A DNA stretch of 64,000 nt from NCBI GenBank assembly GCA_013285735.1, contig JABDGZ010000005.1, positions 3,834 to 67,833 on the forward strand, written 5' to 3'. Of this stretch, positions 20,606 to 30,428 are shown in pieces; position 1 is the stretch's first letter; every line of letters begins with the position of its first letter. Source of the DNA: Candidatus Omnitrophota bacterium (GTDB lineage Bacteria; Omnitrophota; Gorgyraeia; Zapsychrales; Fredricksoniimonadaceae). The translations under genes and the position numbers were made by a program. The notes below the pieces were generated by a model. The model made no database searches. It worked only from the letters and a program-made list of their open reading frames with translations, and was not told the origin of the DNA.

Positions 20606-21422
20606 TCCTCGATTATCCAAAAGAGCTTTTGGCCATCTGCTTATTATTGCCGGTTCTCCGTCGATGTTAGGGGCTGCAGCTTTGAGTTCCCTAGCTGCGA
20701 TGCGTTCAGGTGCTGGTTTGGTGACAGCAGCTGTTCCCTGTGGTTTAAATTTAACACTTCAGCAGAAAATTTCCAATGTAGTGATGACCTTACCCCTGGC
20801 ACAGGGTAAGGATGGGACTTTTTCTTTAAAAGCGTATGATCAACTTAAAAAAATATGGGACCAGTTTGATGCTGTAGCCATTGGTCCAGGTCTTGGGCGT
20901 GAGAGGGGGACGCAGCAATTGGTGCGTCAGATAATCATTCATTGTCCCAAACTCTTGGTTATTGATGCAGATGCTTTATTTGCTTTAGCCGGACATGCTG
21001 AAATTTTGCTTAAAACAAAAGGCCCTCGTGTTTTAACGCCGCATTCAGGAGAAATGTCCAGATTAAACGGCCAATCAGTGAAGGAAATTGATTCCAGCCG
21101 ATTGGAAGTCGCCCGTGAATTTGCCCGTCGATACAATTGCGTCTTATTGCTTAAGGGGCATCAAACAATTGTTGCATCTGCTCAGGGCAAGTCTTATCTT
21201 AACCGTACAGGTAATGTGGGGATGGCTACCGCTGGAAGCGGGGATGTGTTAACAGGCATGATCACAGCTTTTTTAGGGCAGGGCATGAGTCCATTTGATG
21301 CGGCAAAATACGGGGCTTATTACCATGGCTGGGCCGGGGATTTAGCTGCACGTTCACGTGGGAAGTTAGGGATGATTGCTCAGGATATTATTGATCACCT
21401 AAAAGAAGCTTATGCGAAATGA
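20568..21422 (+). CDS. nnrD: ADP-dependent NAD(P)H-hydrate dehydratase (YjeF C-terminal type)
   Basis: 'GHLLIIAGSPSMLGAAALSSLAAMRSGAGLVT', 'TPHSGEMSRL', 'GSGDVLTGMI'. Confidence 0.8.
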   Translation: MTMPLPAPLSRANPRLSKRAFGHLLIIAGSPSMLGAAALSSLAAMRSGAGLVTAAVPCGLNLTLQQKISNVVMTLPLAQGKDGTFSLKAYDQLKKIWDQFDAVAIGPGLGRERGTQQLVRQIIIHCPKLLVIDADALFALAGHAEILLKTKGPRVLTPHSGEMSRLNGQSVKEIDSSRLEVAREFARRYNCVLLLKGHQTIVASAQGKSYLNRTGNVGMATAGSGDVLTGMITAFLGQGMSPFDAAKYGAYYHGWAGDLAARSRGKLGMIAQDIIDHLKEAYAK

Positions 21423-22929
21423 GAAGATAGCACAGTTTTTGCTTTTCTTTGTGATTACCCTGGGCGTGTATTTAGTTTTTGTAGATTTTGCCCATTTGAA
21501 ATTTATTACCGCGGATGCCGGTACGTATTTAAATATTGCCGAGAATATTGCTTCGCATAAGGGTTTTGTCACCAGTTTTAATATTTATCAGTTTTTTATC
21601 ACCCATGATCATCCTCTTTGGCCGTATATTCCGCCTTTATACCCTCTTTTGTGTTCCCTTGTTTTTATGCTTCACGGGGGGATTGAGCAGGTCATCAAGC
21701 TTAATATTCTTATCCTGGGAATAAATACCGCTTTAATCTTTTATATTATTCAGACGTTGGTCCCAAGCCGTTTTAACCTACTTTTCTTAATTTTTTTGTT
21801 ATTTTCTTTCAATTTCTATCATTCAGCACTTTTTCCTTGGACGGAACAATTTCATCTTTTGCTTTTTTTAATAAGTTTTATTCTTTTTTTAAGATTTTCA
21901 AAGCAGCCTCGATGGCTTGGGTGGTTGGGCATTATTAACGGAGTGCTTTTTTTAATCCGTGTTTCTCAAACCTACAGTATTTTAGCTTATTTGCTGGTCA
22001 TTCTTGTGACCGATGACAAGATTCAAGTCAGGCTCAAGAATGCGTTTATATTTACGGCAGGTTTTATGATGGTATTTGTACCTTATCAATTATTTAATTG
22101 TTTGGCCTATCATTCGTTTTTTCCTCAGTATATCAAGCCAGCTGCAGAGTATTCTCTGGCGGGTATTTCAAATTTATCTACGTATAGACCTGGGGTTTTG
22201 GGAATTTATAATCCGTTAGGCATTAGATTCTCTATGGCCAATATTAGGTATTTTTACGAACATTTGATAAGATTTGGTTCGACATTTTTTTTATTCTTGA
22301 TTCCTGTACTGGCATCTTTAAGTCCGTCTCGCTTTAAGAAAGAAGAACGGTATTTTATTTTGAATTGCCTATGTCAAAGCGCATTCATTGTTATAGGCTA
22401 TTCTTTAGGATTTTCCTGGCAGCCCAAGATAGAAGCCTTAAGATATTCCCTTATTCCTTTTATTTTGATTGGATTAGCTGGATGGCTTTGTTTTTATAAA
22501 TTATTTTTGACATCTGCGGCTTCATGGAAGAAGTTTCTTGCTGTTGTTATTTTAGTAAACCTGGCCTTCTTTTCAGTGTATCATTATGGGGAGTTTCGCC
22601 AGCGGTGCATGACACATTTGAGGGGAGAGAAGCCGTATTTTGGGGATTTATATGGAAGTTACAGGTGGATTGATCATCATTTACCTGAGGATATTTTAAT
22701 ATCTTCGGATGAAGATCAGGAAGCTTACTTTATGCATCGTCCTTTTATTTCGATGCCTCCTGGAGAATCGTTTAATTGTATCAATTTAAGTTTGTATGAC
22801 CGTATGTATTCTCCGGATTTTTATTTGCTCTCGTCGTCTATTCCGGATAATTGTTTTACTCAAATGACACGTGTCATGATTTTTTCCAATGAGACTTTCA
22901 GGATTTTGGAGATTAAAAGGAATAAGTAA
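21412..22929 (+). CDS. multi-pass membrane protein, PMT/ArnT-like GT-C candidate
   Basis: About 12 hydrophobic segments plus a soluble C-terminus. The N-terminal loop 'ADAGTYLNIAENIASHKGF' resembles PMT_2-type proteins. Confidence 0.45.
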   Translation: MRNEKIAQFLLFFVITLGVYLVFVDFAHLKFITADAGTYLNIAENIASHKGFVTSFNIYQFFITHDHPLWPYIPPLYPLLCSLVFMLHGGIEQVIKLNILILGINTALIFYIIQTLVPSRFNLLFLIFLLFSFNFYHSALFPWTEQFHLLLFLISFILFLRFSKQPRWLGWLGIINGVLFLIRVSQTYSILAYLLVILVTDDKIQVRLKNAFIFTAGFMMVFVPYQLFNCLAYHSFFPQYIKPAAEYSLAGISNLSTYRPGVLGIYNPLGIRFSMANIRYFYEHLIRFGSTFFLFLIPVLASLSPSRFKKEERYFILNCLCQSAFIVIGYSLGFSWQPKIEALRYSLIPFILIGLAGWLCFYKLFLTSAASWKKFLAVVILVNLAFFSVYHYGEFRQRCMTHLRGEKPYFGDLYGSYRWIDHHLPEDILISSDEDQEAYFMHRPFISMPPGESFNCINLSLYDRMYSPDFYLLSSSIPDNCFTQMTRVMIFSNETFRILEIKRNK

Positions 22930-22934
22930 TAGTT

Positions 22935-24842
22935 ATGGGCAGCCGGTTGATTTCTATGTTTAATAAAATTTATCAATCATTTACAGAGAGTGTTTCTTTT
23001 AAGACTCTTTCTATCAGTGCATTGGTTTATTTTTTGGTATTTTTTGCATGCTGTTGTTTGAAATATCATTCCTTTGCTTATAATGATTTTGATTTAGCTA
23101 TTCATGATCAAATTATTTGGAACATGCTCCATGGCAGGATTTTTAATTCAATTTTGGGGATTGATTTTCTAGGGAATCATGTCCATTTCATTTCTTTCTT
23201 GGTAGCACCTTTCTATTCGATTTTCCCTCACCCATTATTTTTGCTTTTCTTACAGACATTGTTTTTGGCGGCCGGAGTATTTCCTTTGTATGCTTTAGCC
23301 AGGGTATATCTTGGCTATCGCATATCTTTGATCATAGGCCTTGTTTATCTTTTATATCCGGGGCTTGGCTATACCAATTTATATGAATTTCATCCGACCT
23401 GCTTTGCCACTTTCTTTATTTTGTGTGCGGCTTTTTATTTTTATACAGAAAGATTTTTCTTATTCAGTGTTTTTATGCTCCTGTCGTTAATATGCCAGGA
23501 AAATATTGCTTTAATTTTTATCCTGTGGGGATTCTATGCTTTTTTAATAAGGCGAAAATGGAATTGGGTTTTGTGGCCGATGGGATTGGGATTGGCTTAC
23601 TTTCTTTTATGTGTTTACGTTATTTTGCCTGATTTTAACAAGAATACTTTGAATTTCTTTAGTATTTATGGCCCAATGGGAGGTTCTTTAGCTAAGGTCT
23701 TACATACCTGTTTCGTTCATCCATTAAAGACCATAGGCTATATGTTTATGCCGAATAAAATATCCTACCTGTTTCAGGTTTTTGCAGGTGTAGGGTTGGT
23801 TCCTTTCTTAAGTCCTTTGGTCTTGCTTCCAGATTCTTTGTTATTTATACAGCATTTATTGTCCTCCAGGCCCAGCGAATTGAGCTTACATTTTCATTAC
23901 ACCGCAGAATTAATCCCGTTTATTTTTATAGCTTTTATATTTGGTGTCAAGAAACTCATCAGTTGGGGGGTTGGGCCTAAATATTTAGGGGGCATTCTTT
24001 TAGTGAATGCCTTGATTGTTAATTTTATTATAGGTCCCCGTTTTTATTTGCCGGAACAATGGGAGCCTTTGGTTTCTGATCAAACCCTTGCCCAAAGAGA
24101 GACTTTAATCAAAGAAATCCCTCCAGATGCCCCGGTGATTGTTACTTTTAGTTTTCTTTCCCATATGTCCCATCGGCAGTACCTTTATTCTTTTCATCAT
24201 GTTTATACCGGATTTTTTACTTTATCTAACAAGCCGTTTCATTTGCCTGACAATGTTAAGTTAGCCCTCATTGATTTTAATGATTACCGGACGTTTTATG
24301 TTTTTTATAATCCAGCTTATTACCGTAATATTTATAATTTTCTAAAACAGGGACTATGGGGCAGTGTCGAGGTACATGACAAGATAGTTTTGTTTAAGAA
24401 AGGCGTTAAAGATAAGTATCCTTTATTTAATATAATAGACACTAAATTAGTGCCGCCGCATCCAGTCGACGAAATTATCAATAATCATATCAATCTATAC
24501 GGCTATGATGCCCGGATGCAAGAGGATTACCTTCATCTTGTTTTATATTTTAAGCTTTTACAGCATGAAGATAAGGATATTAATCTGTATATTGATTTTA
24601 TAGATAAAAAAGGTTTTAGAATTGTTAGGCAGTACCTGCCTTTATGTTATAGAATATGGCCGACAGAAGCTTGGCAGAAGAATCAGTTGATCGAAGCGCA
24701 TCAGTATATTTCTATTTCACCGAAGATGAAGGCCCATTTAAAGAACCTGATGATTGGTTTTTATGATTTCAAAACAGGAAAATTTGTTACCACTGATTCT
24801 AAAGATGATATGGGCAGGGTGGAAGTAGATATAACTAATTAA
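22935..24842 (+). CDS. DUF2079 family membrane protein (paralog 3, with ~150-aa C-terminal extension)
   Basis: 'NDFDLAIHDQIIWNMLHGRIFNSILGIDFLGNHVHFISFLVAPFYSIFPHPLFL', 'YEFHPTCFA', 'ICQENIAL', 'LALIDFND'. Confidence 0.65.
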   Translation: MGSRLISMFNKIYQSFTESVSFKTLSISALVYFLVFFACCCLKYHSFAYNDFDLAIHDQIIWNMLHGRIFNSILGIDFLGNHVHFISFLVAPFYSIFPHPLFLLFLQTLFLAAGVFPLYALARVYLGYRISLIIGLVYLLYPGLGYTNLYEFHPTCFATFFILCAAFYFYTERFFLFSVFMLLSLICQENIALIFILWGFYAFLIRRKWNWVLWPMGLGLAYFLLCVYVILPDFNKNTLNFFSIYGPMGGSLAKVLHTCFVHPLKTIGYMFMPNKISYLFQVFAGVGLVPFLSPLVLLPDSLLFIQHLLSSRPSELSLHFHYTAELIPFIFIAFIFGVKKLISWGVGPKYLGGILLVNALIVNFIIGPRFYLPEQWEPLVSDQTLAQRETLIKEIPPDAPVIVTFSFLSHMSHRQYLYSFHHVYTGFFTLSNKPFHLPDNVKLALIDFNDYRTFYVFYNPAYYRNIYNFLKQGLWGSVEVHDKIVLFKKGVKDKYPLFNIIDTKLVPPHPVDEIINNHINLYGYDARMQEDYLHLVLYFKLLQHEDKDINLYIDFIDKKGFRIVRQYLPLCYRIWPTEAWQKNQLIEAHQYISISPKMKAHLKNLMIGFYDFKTGKFVTTDSKDDMGRVEVDITN

Positions 24843-24854
24843 GCACGGAGAATA

Positions 24855-26540
24855 ATGGCTACTAAAGTTTTGTGTAATTTATGCGGGTCAGATCACTATA
24901 CGATAGTTTATGACACTCTTGTTAAGGAACAAGAGGATAATTTCAGCGATTCTTATAAAATCACGGATCATTCTGTTAATTTGGCCGTGAGGATAGTTAA
25001 ATGCTGTAAATGTGGTTTGATTTACATGAATCCTCGATCAGACCATGGCCGGATTCAAATGAATTATGAGTCTATGGCGGATGATTTTTATACGCATGAA
25101 GAGGCAGGGAGACGCCAATCAGCTGATTCTATTTTAAAATATCTTGAAAAAATTAATAAAAAAGGCCGGATCCTCGATGTAGGCTGTGCCACAGGTTTTC
25201 TTTTGGACCAGGCACGTAAACAGGGCTGGGAGGTTTATGGGGTTGAACTTTCAGCATGGGCTGTTGATTACGCAAAGAATAAATTGCAATTAACTAATAT
25301 CACCCAGGGCGCGCTGAAAGATGCCAAGTATCCGGATAATTTTTTTGATGTGGTTGTTCTTAAAGATGTTATTGAGCACCTGACGGACCCTAAAGAAACG
25401 CTTGAACAAATACGTCTAGTTCTAAAACCTTCCGGAATCCTGTGTTGCAACACACCTGATATTGATAGCCTGGCTAGTAAAATATTGGGAGCGAAATGGT
25501 GGGGGATTAAACAGTCCCACTTATTTTATTTTAATAAGCACAGCTTAAGCGCCTTGTTTGAAGCAACAGGATTTGTTCCTCTTAAAATCCGTTCTCACGC
25601 CAGGACATTTACGATCAATTATTGGATTTATAATTTGATTGGATTTAAGCCGGAATTTGCTTTTATCCGTTCCTGGCTCGATAAGAAACCTTCCTGGGCT
25701 AATAATTTATTATGCATTGATATTGGTGATCAGGTTGAAATATTCGCGCGAAAAAGCCGTCAGTTAAAGTATCTTCATGAATTAGAACCGCCCCTAGAAG
25801 TCCAAATACCAAAAGAATCGATGAAGGTATGTGTGGTCCTTCCGGCATATAATGCGGCATCAACGTTAAAGCGTACCTTGGCCGATATACCGTCTTCCAT
25901 TAATGAAATTATTTTAGTGGATGACGCGAGTCGGGATAATACAGCTGAGTTAGCCCGGAGTTTGGGTTTAAAAGTTTTCGTCCATGAAAAGAATACGGGT
26001 TATGGGGGAAACCAGAAAACCTGTTATAATAATGCTTTAGCCGCAGGGGCAGATATCGTTGTTATGCTGCATCCTGATTATCAATATGATCCGACAGCGA
26101 TTACCCAATTAATTGAGCCGATTCGTTCTGGACGGGCAGATGCGGTGTTTGGCTCTCGCATGATGAAGGGTGGAGCTTTGGAAGGCGGTATGCCTCCATG
26201 GAAACATAATGCGAATATATTGTTAACAGCGCTCGAAAATGTTGTCTTGGGTATTTATTTAACAGAATATCATTCTGGTTTCAGGGCCTATAGTGCGAAA
26301 TATCTTAACACTGTTAATTATGCAGCCAATTCAGATGGATTTGTTTTTGATACTGAAATTATCGTGCAGGGTGTTGTGAAATACATGAAATTTGAAGAGG
26401 TTCCTATACGCACACGGTATTTTGATGAAGCGTCCTCAATCAAATTATGGCCATCGATTGTTTATGGGTTGAACATTTTAAAAACATTGTTTAAGTTTTT
26501 ATTATTTAAATACGGTTTGCGTTTTAAACAGTTTGAATAA
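24855..26540 (+). CDS. bifunctional methyltransferase / GT2 glycosyltransferase fusion
   Basis: N-terminus: Zn-ribbon-like 'CNLCGSDHY...CCKCGLIYMNP', then 'ILDVGCATGFLL' and 'VVVLKDVIEHLTDP'. C-terminus: 'VCVVLPAYNAASTLKRTL...EIILVDDASRDNT', 'HPDYQYDP' (polyprenol-phosphate GT2 type). Confidence 0.75.
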   Translation: MATKVLCNLCGSDHYTIVYDTLVKEQEDNFSDSYKITDHSVNLAVRIVKCCKCGLIYMNPRSDHGRIQMNYESMADDFYTHEEAGRRQSADSILKYLEKINKKGRILDVGCATGFLLDQARKQGWEVYGVELSAWAVDYAKNKLQLTNITQGALKDAKYPDNFFDVVVLKDVIEHLTDPKETLEQIRLVLKPSGILCCNTPDIDSLASKILGAKWWGIKQSHLFYFNKHSLSALFEATGFVPLKIRSHARTFTINYWIYNLIGFKPEFAFIRSWLDKKPSWANNLLCIDIGDQVEIFARKSRQLKYLHELEPPLEVQIPKESMKVCVVLPAYNAASTLKRTLADIPSSINEIILVDDASRDNTAELARSLGLKVFVHEKNTGYGGNQKTCYNNALAAGADIVVMLHPDYQYDPTAITQLIEPIRSGRADAVFGSRMMKGGALEGGMPPWKHNANILLTALENVVLGIYLTEYHSGFRAYSAKYLNTVNYAANSDGFVFDTEIIVQGVVKYMKFEEVPIRTRYFDEASSIKLWPSIVYGLNILKTLFKFLLFKYGLRFKQFE

Positions 26541-26555
26541 GATCAGGAGTTGTTT

Positions 26556-27425
26556 ATGAAAGGCATTATCCTTGCCGGCGGCAAAGCAACAAGGCTTTAT
26601 CCAATCACTAAAAGTGTTTGCAAGCAGCTCTTGCCTGTTTATGACAAACCATTGATTTATTATCCTTTATCGGTTTTAATGCTGGCCGGCATACGAGATA
26701 TCCTGATTATTTCAACACCCACGGATATCGGGCATTTTCAGAATATTTTTAACGATGGCAGTCATTTAGGTTTGAACATTGAGTACGCTGCCCAACCGCA
26801 GGCACAGGGCATAGCCCAGGCTTTTATTATCGGAGAAAAATTTATTGGCCGTGATCGGGTTGCCTTAATTCTGGGAGATAATATTTTCTTTGGAGATAAG
26901 CTTGGGAGTGTTTTAAGTGAAGCCCTGTCTAATAAAAAAGGGGCCACTATTTTTGCCTATAAGGTCAGTGATCCTCAACGGTATGGGGTTATCAGTTTTG
27001 ATAAAAATGGCAAGCCTAATTCTATTATAGAAAAACCCAGCAAGCCCATCTCTGATTGGGCTGTTACTGGTTTATATTTTTATGATCATCATGTGGTTGA
27101 TATCGCCAAACGCTTAAAACCATCAGCAAGGGGTGAATTAGAAATTACTGATCTCAACCGGGTTTATCTTAAAAAGCAGCAGCTGCATGTCCAGTTATTA
27201 AGCCGTGGTTTTGCCTGGCTTGATACAGGAACACCGGACTCGCTTTTGGATGCTTCGGTATTTATAAGGATTATCGAAGAGCGTCAGGGTTTGAAGATTG
27301 GCTGTATAGAAGAAGTTGCTTTTCGCATGAAATTCATTACCACGAAACAATTGCTTTCATTGGCAGCAGCCATTAATACACCGTATGGTCAATATCTACA
27401 AAGGATTGCGGCAAGTGAAAAATAA
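26556..27425 (+). CDS. rfbA: glucose-1-phosphate thymidylyltransferase
   Basis: 'MKGIILAGGKATRLYPIT', 'LGDNIFFG', 'WLDTGTPDSLLDAS'. AGGAG RBS 6 nt upstream. Confidence 0.9.
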   Translation: MKGIILAGGKATRLYPITKSVCKQLLPVYDKPLIYYPLSVLMLAGIRDILIISTPTDIGHFQNIFNDGSHLGLNIEYAAQPQAQGIAQAFIIGEKFIGRDRVALILGDNIFFGDKLGSVLSEALSNKKGATIFAYKVSDPQRYGVISFDKNGKPNSIIEKPSKPISDWAVTGLYFYDHHVVDIAKRLKPSARGELEITDLNRVYLKKQQLHVQLLSRGFAWLDTGTPDSLLDASVFIRIIEERQGLKIGCIEEVAFRMKFITTKQLLSLAAAINTPYGQYLQRIAASEK

Positions 27426-28236
27426 AATTCTCATTTTAGGCAATGGGTATATTGCCAATAAATTACAACAAGCATGGAATTGTCCTATTTATGACAAAAG
27501 AATTTCTTCTTATAAAGACGCTCTTGCTGCGTTTCAGAAGCATAAGCCGAATGTTTTAATCAATTGTATCGGGCATACGGGTGCGCGTAATGTTGATGAT
27601 TGTGAACTTGATATAGATAAATGCCTCTTGGCCAATACCATGATCCCTGTGTGGCTTGGTGAAGTGGCTTTTAGGAATCCTGTTAAGTTGGTCCACATTA
27701 GCAGCGGGTGCACCTATCATTATGATTACAGCAAGAAAAAGCCAATTACAGAAAAAGATATTCCTGATTATTATAAATTATTTTATAGCCGTACAAAAAT
27801 TTATGCGGAAGGCGTATTAGATCCCTTGTCGCAGAGGAGCAATGTTTTGATTGTCAGGATCCGTATTCCTCTGGACAATGTCCCGCATCCTCGCAATATC
27901 CTTAATAAACTCATCAAATATAAAACAGTCATTGATATCCCTAATTCCGTAACCTATATCCCGGATTTTATTAAGGCCTTAGAGCATTTACTTAAAATTA
28001 ATGCTAAAGGGATTTTTAATGTAACGAATAAGGGGGGATTGCGTTATCCTGAGTTATTAAATGTTTATAAGAAATTTGTCCCGGATTTTGATTATACAAT
28101 AATGCCGCTTAAGAATCTTAAACTTGACCGGACAAATTTAGTAATGTCTGTCCGTAAATTAGAGAATACCGGATTTAAGGTCCGCCCAATCGAGGATGTC
28201 CTGGAAGAATGCGTCGAACAATACGTAGGTTACTAG
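27415..28236 (+). CDS. NRS/ER-type 4-keto-6-deoxyglucose 3,5-epimerase/4-reductase-like protein (RmlD superfamily)
   Basis: GTG 27415, then 'KILILGNGYIANKL'. 'FYSRTKIYAEGVL' (YxxxK). 'VRIRIPLDNVPHPRNILNKLIKYKTVIDIPNSVTYIPDF...GIFNVTNKG' aligns with my recollection of plant NRS/ER ('LRVRMPISSDL.NPRNFITKI.RY.KVV.IPNSMT...GI.NFTNPG'). Confidence 0.6.
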   Translation: MKNKILILGNGYIANKLQQAWNCPIYDKRISSYKDALAAFQKHKPNVLINCIGHTGARNVDDCELDIDKCLLANTMIPVWLGEVAFRNPVKLVHISSGCTYHYDYSKKKPITEKDIPDYYKLFYSRTKIYAEGVLDPLSQRSNVLIVRIRIPLDNVPHPRNILNKLIKYKTVIDIPNSVTYIPDFIKALEHLLKINAKGIFNVTNKGGLRYPELLNVYKKFVPDFDYTIMPLKNLKLDRTNLVMSVRKLENTGFKVRPIEDVLEECVEQYVGY

Positions 28237-29153
28237 TCACCGGTGGTGCCGGTTTTATTGGCAGTGAATTTGTCCGCCAGGGCGTCAGGCGCGGGTACCA
28301 GCTTGTTGTTGTTGACTGCCTTAGCTATGCAGGGGATTTGAAGCGGCTAAGGCAAGTGTCTCGTGATATCAGTTTTAAGAAAATTGATATTTGCGACCGC
28401 AAAAAATTAGAGGCATTGTTTCAAGCTGAGAAATTTGATGCCCTTGTTCATTTCGCCGCAGAAACGCATGTTGACCGCAGTCTGAAGGATAATCTTCCTT
28501 TTATACGCACCAATGTTTTAGGGACACAAAACTTAATAGATTTATCTTTAAAATATGGAATCAAATCATTCGTTCATATTTCGACGGATGAGGTTTACGG
28601 CCAAAGTTTAAAAGGTTTTTTTAAAGAATCAGATCCTTTAAAGCCCCGTAATCCCTATTCGGTGACTAAAACAGCTGCAGATTTATTGGTGCAAGCAGCG
28701 ATTCATTCATTCGAGCTGCCGGCTATGATTATACGTCCTGCTAATAATTATGGCCCCTGGCAATTCCCAGAAAAACTTATTCCTGTGGTGATTTCAAAAG
28801 CTTTGAAAGGCCAAAAAGTCCCTGTGTACGGCAAGGGCCATCAAATCAGGGAATGGCTTCATGTGTCAGATTGTGCCGAAGGGATATTTTTAGTTTTAGA
28901 AAAAGGCAAGATAGGTGATATTTATAATATTGGTTCTTGTTTTGAGCGGCGGAATATTGATACCGTTAAAACAATTTTAAAGTGTCTGGGCAAAAAGAAT
29001 GATTTGATCCAATTTGTGCCAGACAGGCCAGGACATGATTTCAGGTATTCAGTTGATTGTGCCAAAATCTGCAAATTAGGCTGGCGTCCTCGTGTTGCCT
29101 TCGAAGATGGTATCAAAAGCACCATCGCCTGGTATCAAACTAATTACCAATGA
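28209..29153 (+). CDS. rfbB: dTDP-glucose 4,6-dehydratase
   Basis: 'LLVTGGAGFIGSEFVR', 'HISTDEVYG', 'YSVTKTAADLL'. Confidence 0.9.
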   Translation: MRRTIRRLLVTGGAGFIGSEFVRQGVRRGYQLVVVDCLSYAGDLKRLRQVSRDISFKKIDICDRKKLEALFQAEKFDALVHFAAETHVDRSLKDNLPFIRTNVLGTQNLIDLSLKYGIKSFVHISTDEVYGQSLKGFFKESDPLKPRNPYSVTKTAADLLVQAAIHSFELPAMIIRPANNYGPWQFPEKLIPVVISKALKGQKVPVYGKGHQIREWLHVSDCAEGIFLVLEKGKIGDIYNIGSCFERRNIDTVKTILKCLGKKNDLIQFVPDRPGHDFRYSVDCAKICKLGWRPRVAFEDGIKSTIAWYQTNYQ

Positions 29154-30349
29154 CGTTCCAAAGCTTGGTTTAATTTTTCAGTTTTGGCGTGTATTTTTTC
29201 AGGAGTACGGCCAAAGCAGGTTCCCAAGGCTTCGTAAATCGCTGCTTGATGAGTATCCACCAAACGCTGTTTGATGGCTTCCTTTGTATCTATGTAGCGG
29301 ATTACGCCATTACTTATACCCGAAACAGTCACGCCTGAGATGCCTTGATTCAGGAGGATAAAGGCAGCAGCGCCGACTTCTTTACCAAAATTAACGTCGT
29401 AAGCGCTGGAATGCCCACAGCGTACTAAATGCCCTGGAGTGACGGCGCGGACTTCAGGGATTTCATTGATACCTTTGACATACATGCCTGTTTTTTTCAT
29501 TAGATCGGTGATCGATTGATCTGCTTTTAAGCGTTTGATCAATTGTTGGCAAATATATTCACCGGCACCAGCCAAACGTTTGTGTCCAAAAGCATCGGCA
29601 GGGGAATTTTCATCCACAATATCAGCACCAGAAGCGTTCTTAATGCCTTCAGCCACGACGATCATATAAGTACCTGAGCGCGTATCAGAGTTCATGATCC
29701 GTGAGAAATAACGTTCCTTCATGTGTTTGTAAAGGACGTCGAAATCACAGGGAATTTCAGGGATGATGATGGCATCTGCGTCAGCTGCAACACCACCGCG
29801 AAATGCGGTATGCCCGACATAACGGCCGAAGACTTCCATGACCAGGATGCGTCGGTGGGTGGTGGCTGTTGTTTTTAATTCTTCGATAAAGGTGGTGATA
29901 CGGTTGATGCTAGAGTCAGCACCAACAGAGTAGGTTTGTAAATCCATGTCCATGGTCTTGGGGGCATGGACGCATTTGATGCCATGTTCGGTCAAATCAA
30001 CAAGCACGCTGCCTGAATCATCACCGCCGGAGATGACGAGGCCGTCGAGTTTGAATTTCTCCATGCCTTTTTTGATGCGTTGGTATTTGTCCGGATCATC
30101 AATTTTCTTGATCTTGACACGGGAGTGACCTGCCTCAGAACCTGCCAGGTTAGAATTGATCCGGTCTAAACGCTCTGGTGTTAATTCTGTAAGCGTGTCG
30201 AAATCCACTAGATTATATAATCCCGCATAGCCGCTCGGGATAACAAAACATGTGGCTCCATAAGCATGCGCCAAACCTGCAGCGCCTTTAATAACACCAT
30301 TAAGTCCGCCGCAATCACCACCTGAAGTAATAATACCAATGCGTTTCAT
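29144..30349 (-). CDS. pfp: 6-phosphofructokinase, probably PPi-dependent
   Basis: 'MKRIGIITSGGDCGGLNG'. 'ISGGDDSG' has Asp at the position that is Gly in ATP-PFKs. 'APKTMDMDL' has Lys where ATP-PFKs have Gly. Confidence 0.75.
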   Translation of the reverse strand: MKRIGIITSGGDCGGLNGVIKGAAGLAHAYGATCFVIPSGYAGLYNLVDFDTLTELTPERLDRINSNLAGSEAGHSRVKIKKIDDPDKYQRIKKGMEKFKLDGLVISGGDDSGSVLVDLTEHGIKCVHAPKTMDMDLQTYSVGADSSINRITTFIEELKTTATTHRRILVMEVFGRYVGHTAFRGGVAADADAIIIPEIPCDFDVLYKHMKERYFSRIMNSDTRSGTYMIVVAEGIKNASGADIVDENSPADAFGHKRLAGAGEYICQQLIKRLKADQSITDLMKKTGMYVKGINEIPEVRAVTPGHLVRCGHSSAYDVNFGKEVGAAAFILLNQGISGVTVSGISNGVIRYIDTKEAIKQRLVDTHQAAIYEALGTCFGRTPEKIHAKTEKLNQALERHW

Positions 30350-30428
30350 TGCACACTCCTAAAGTTATTTTTACTCTCAACAGAAGCCAATAAATTACCA
30401 TAAAAGCCTATGGAAATCAATACGCAGT

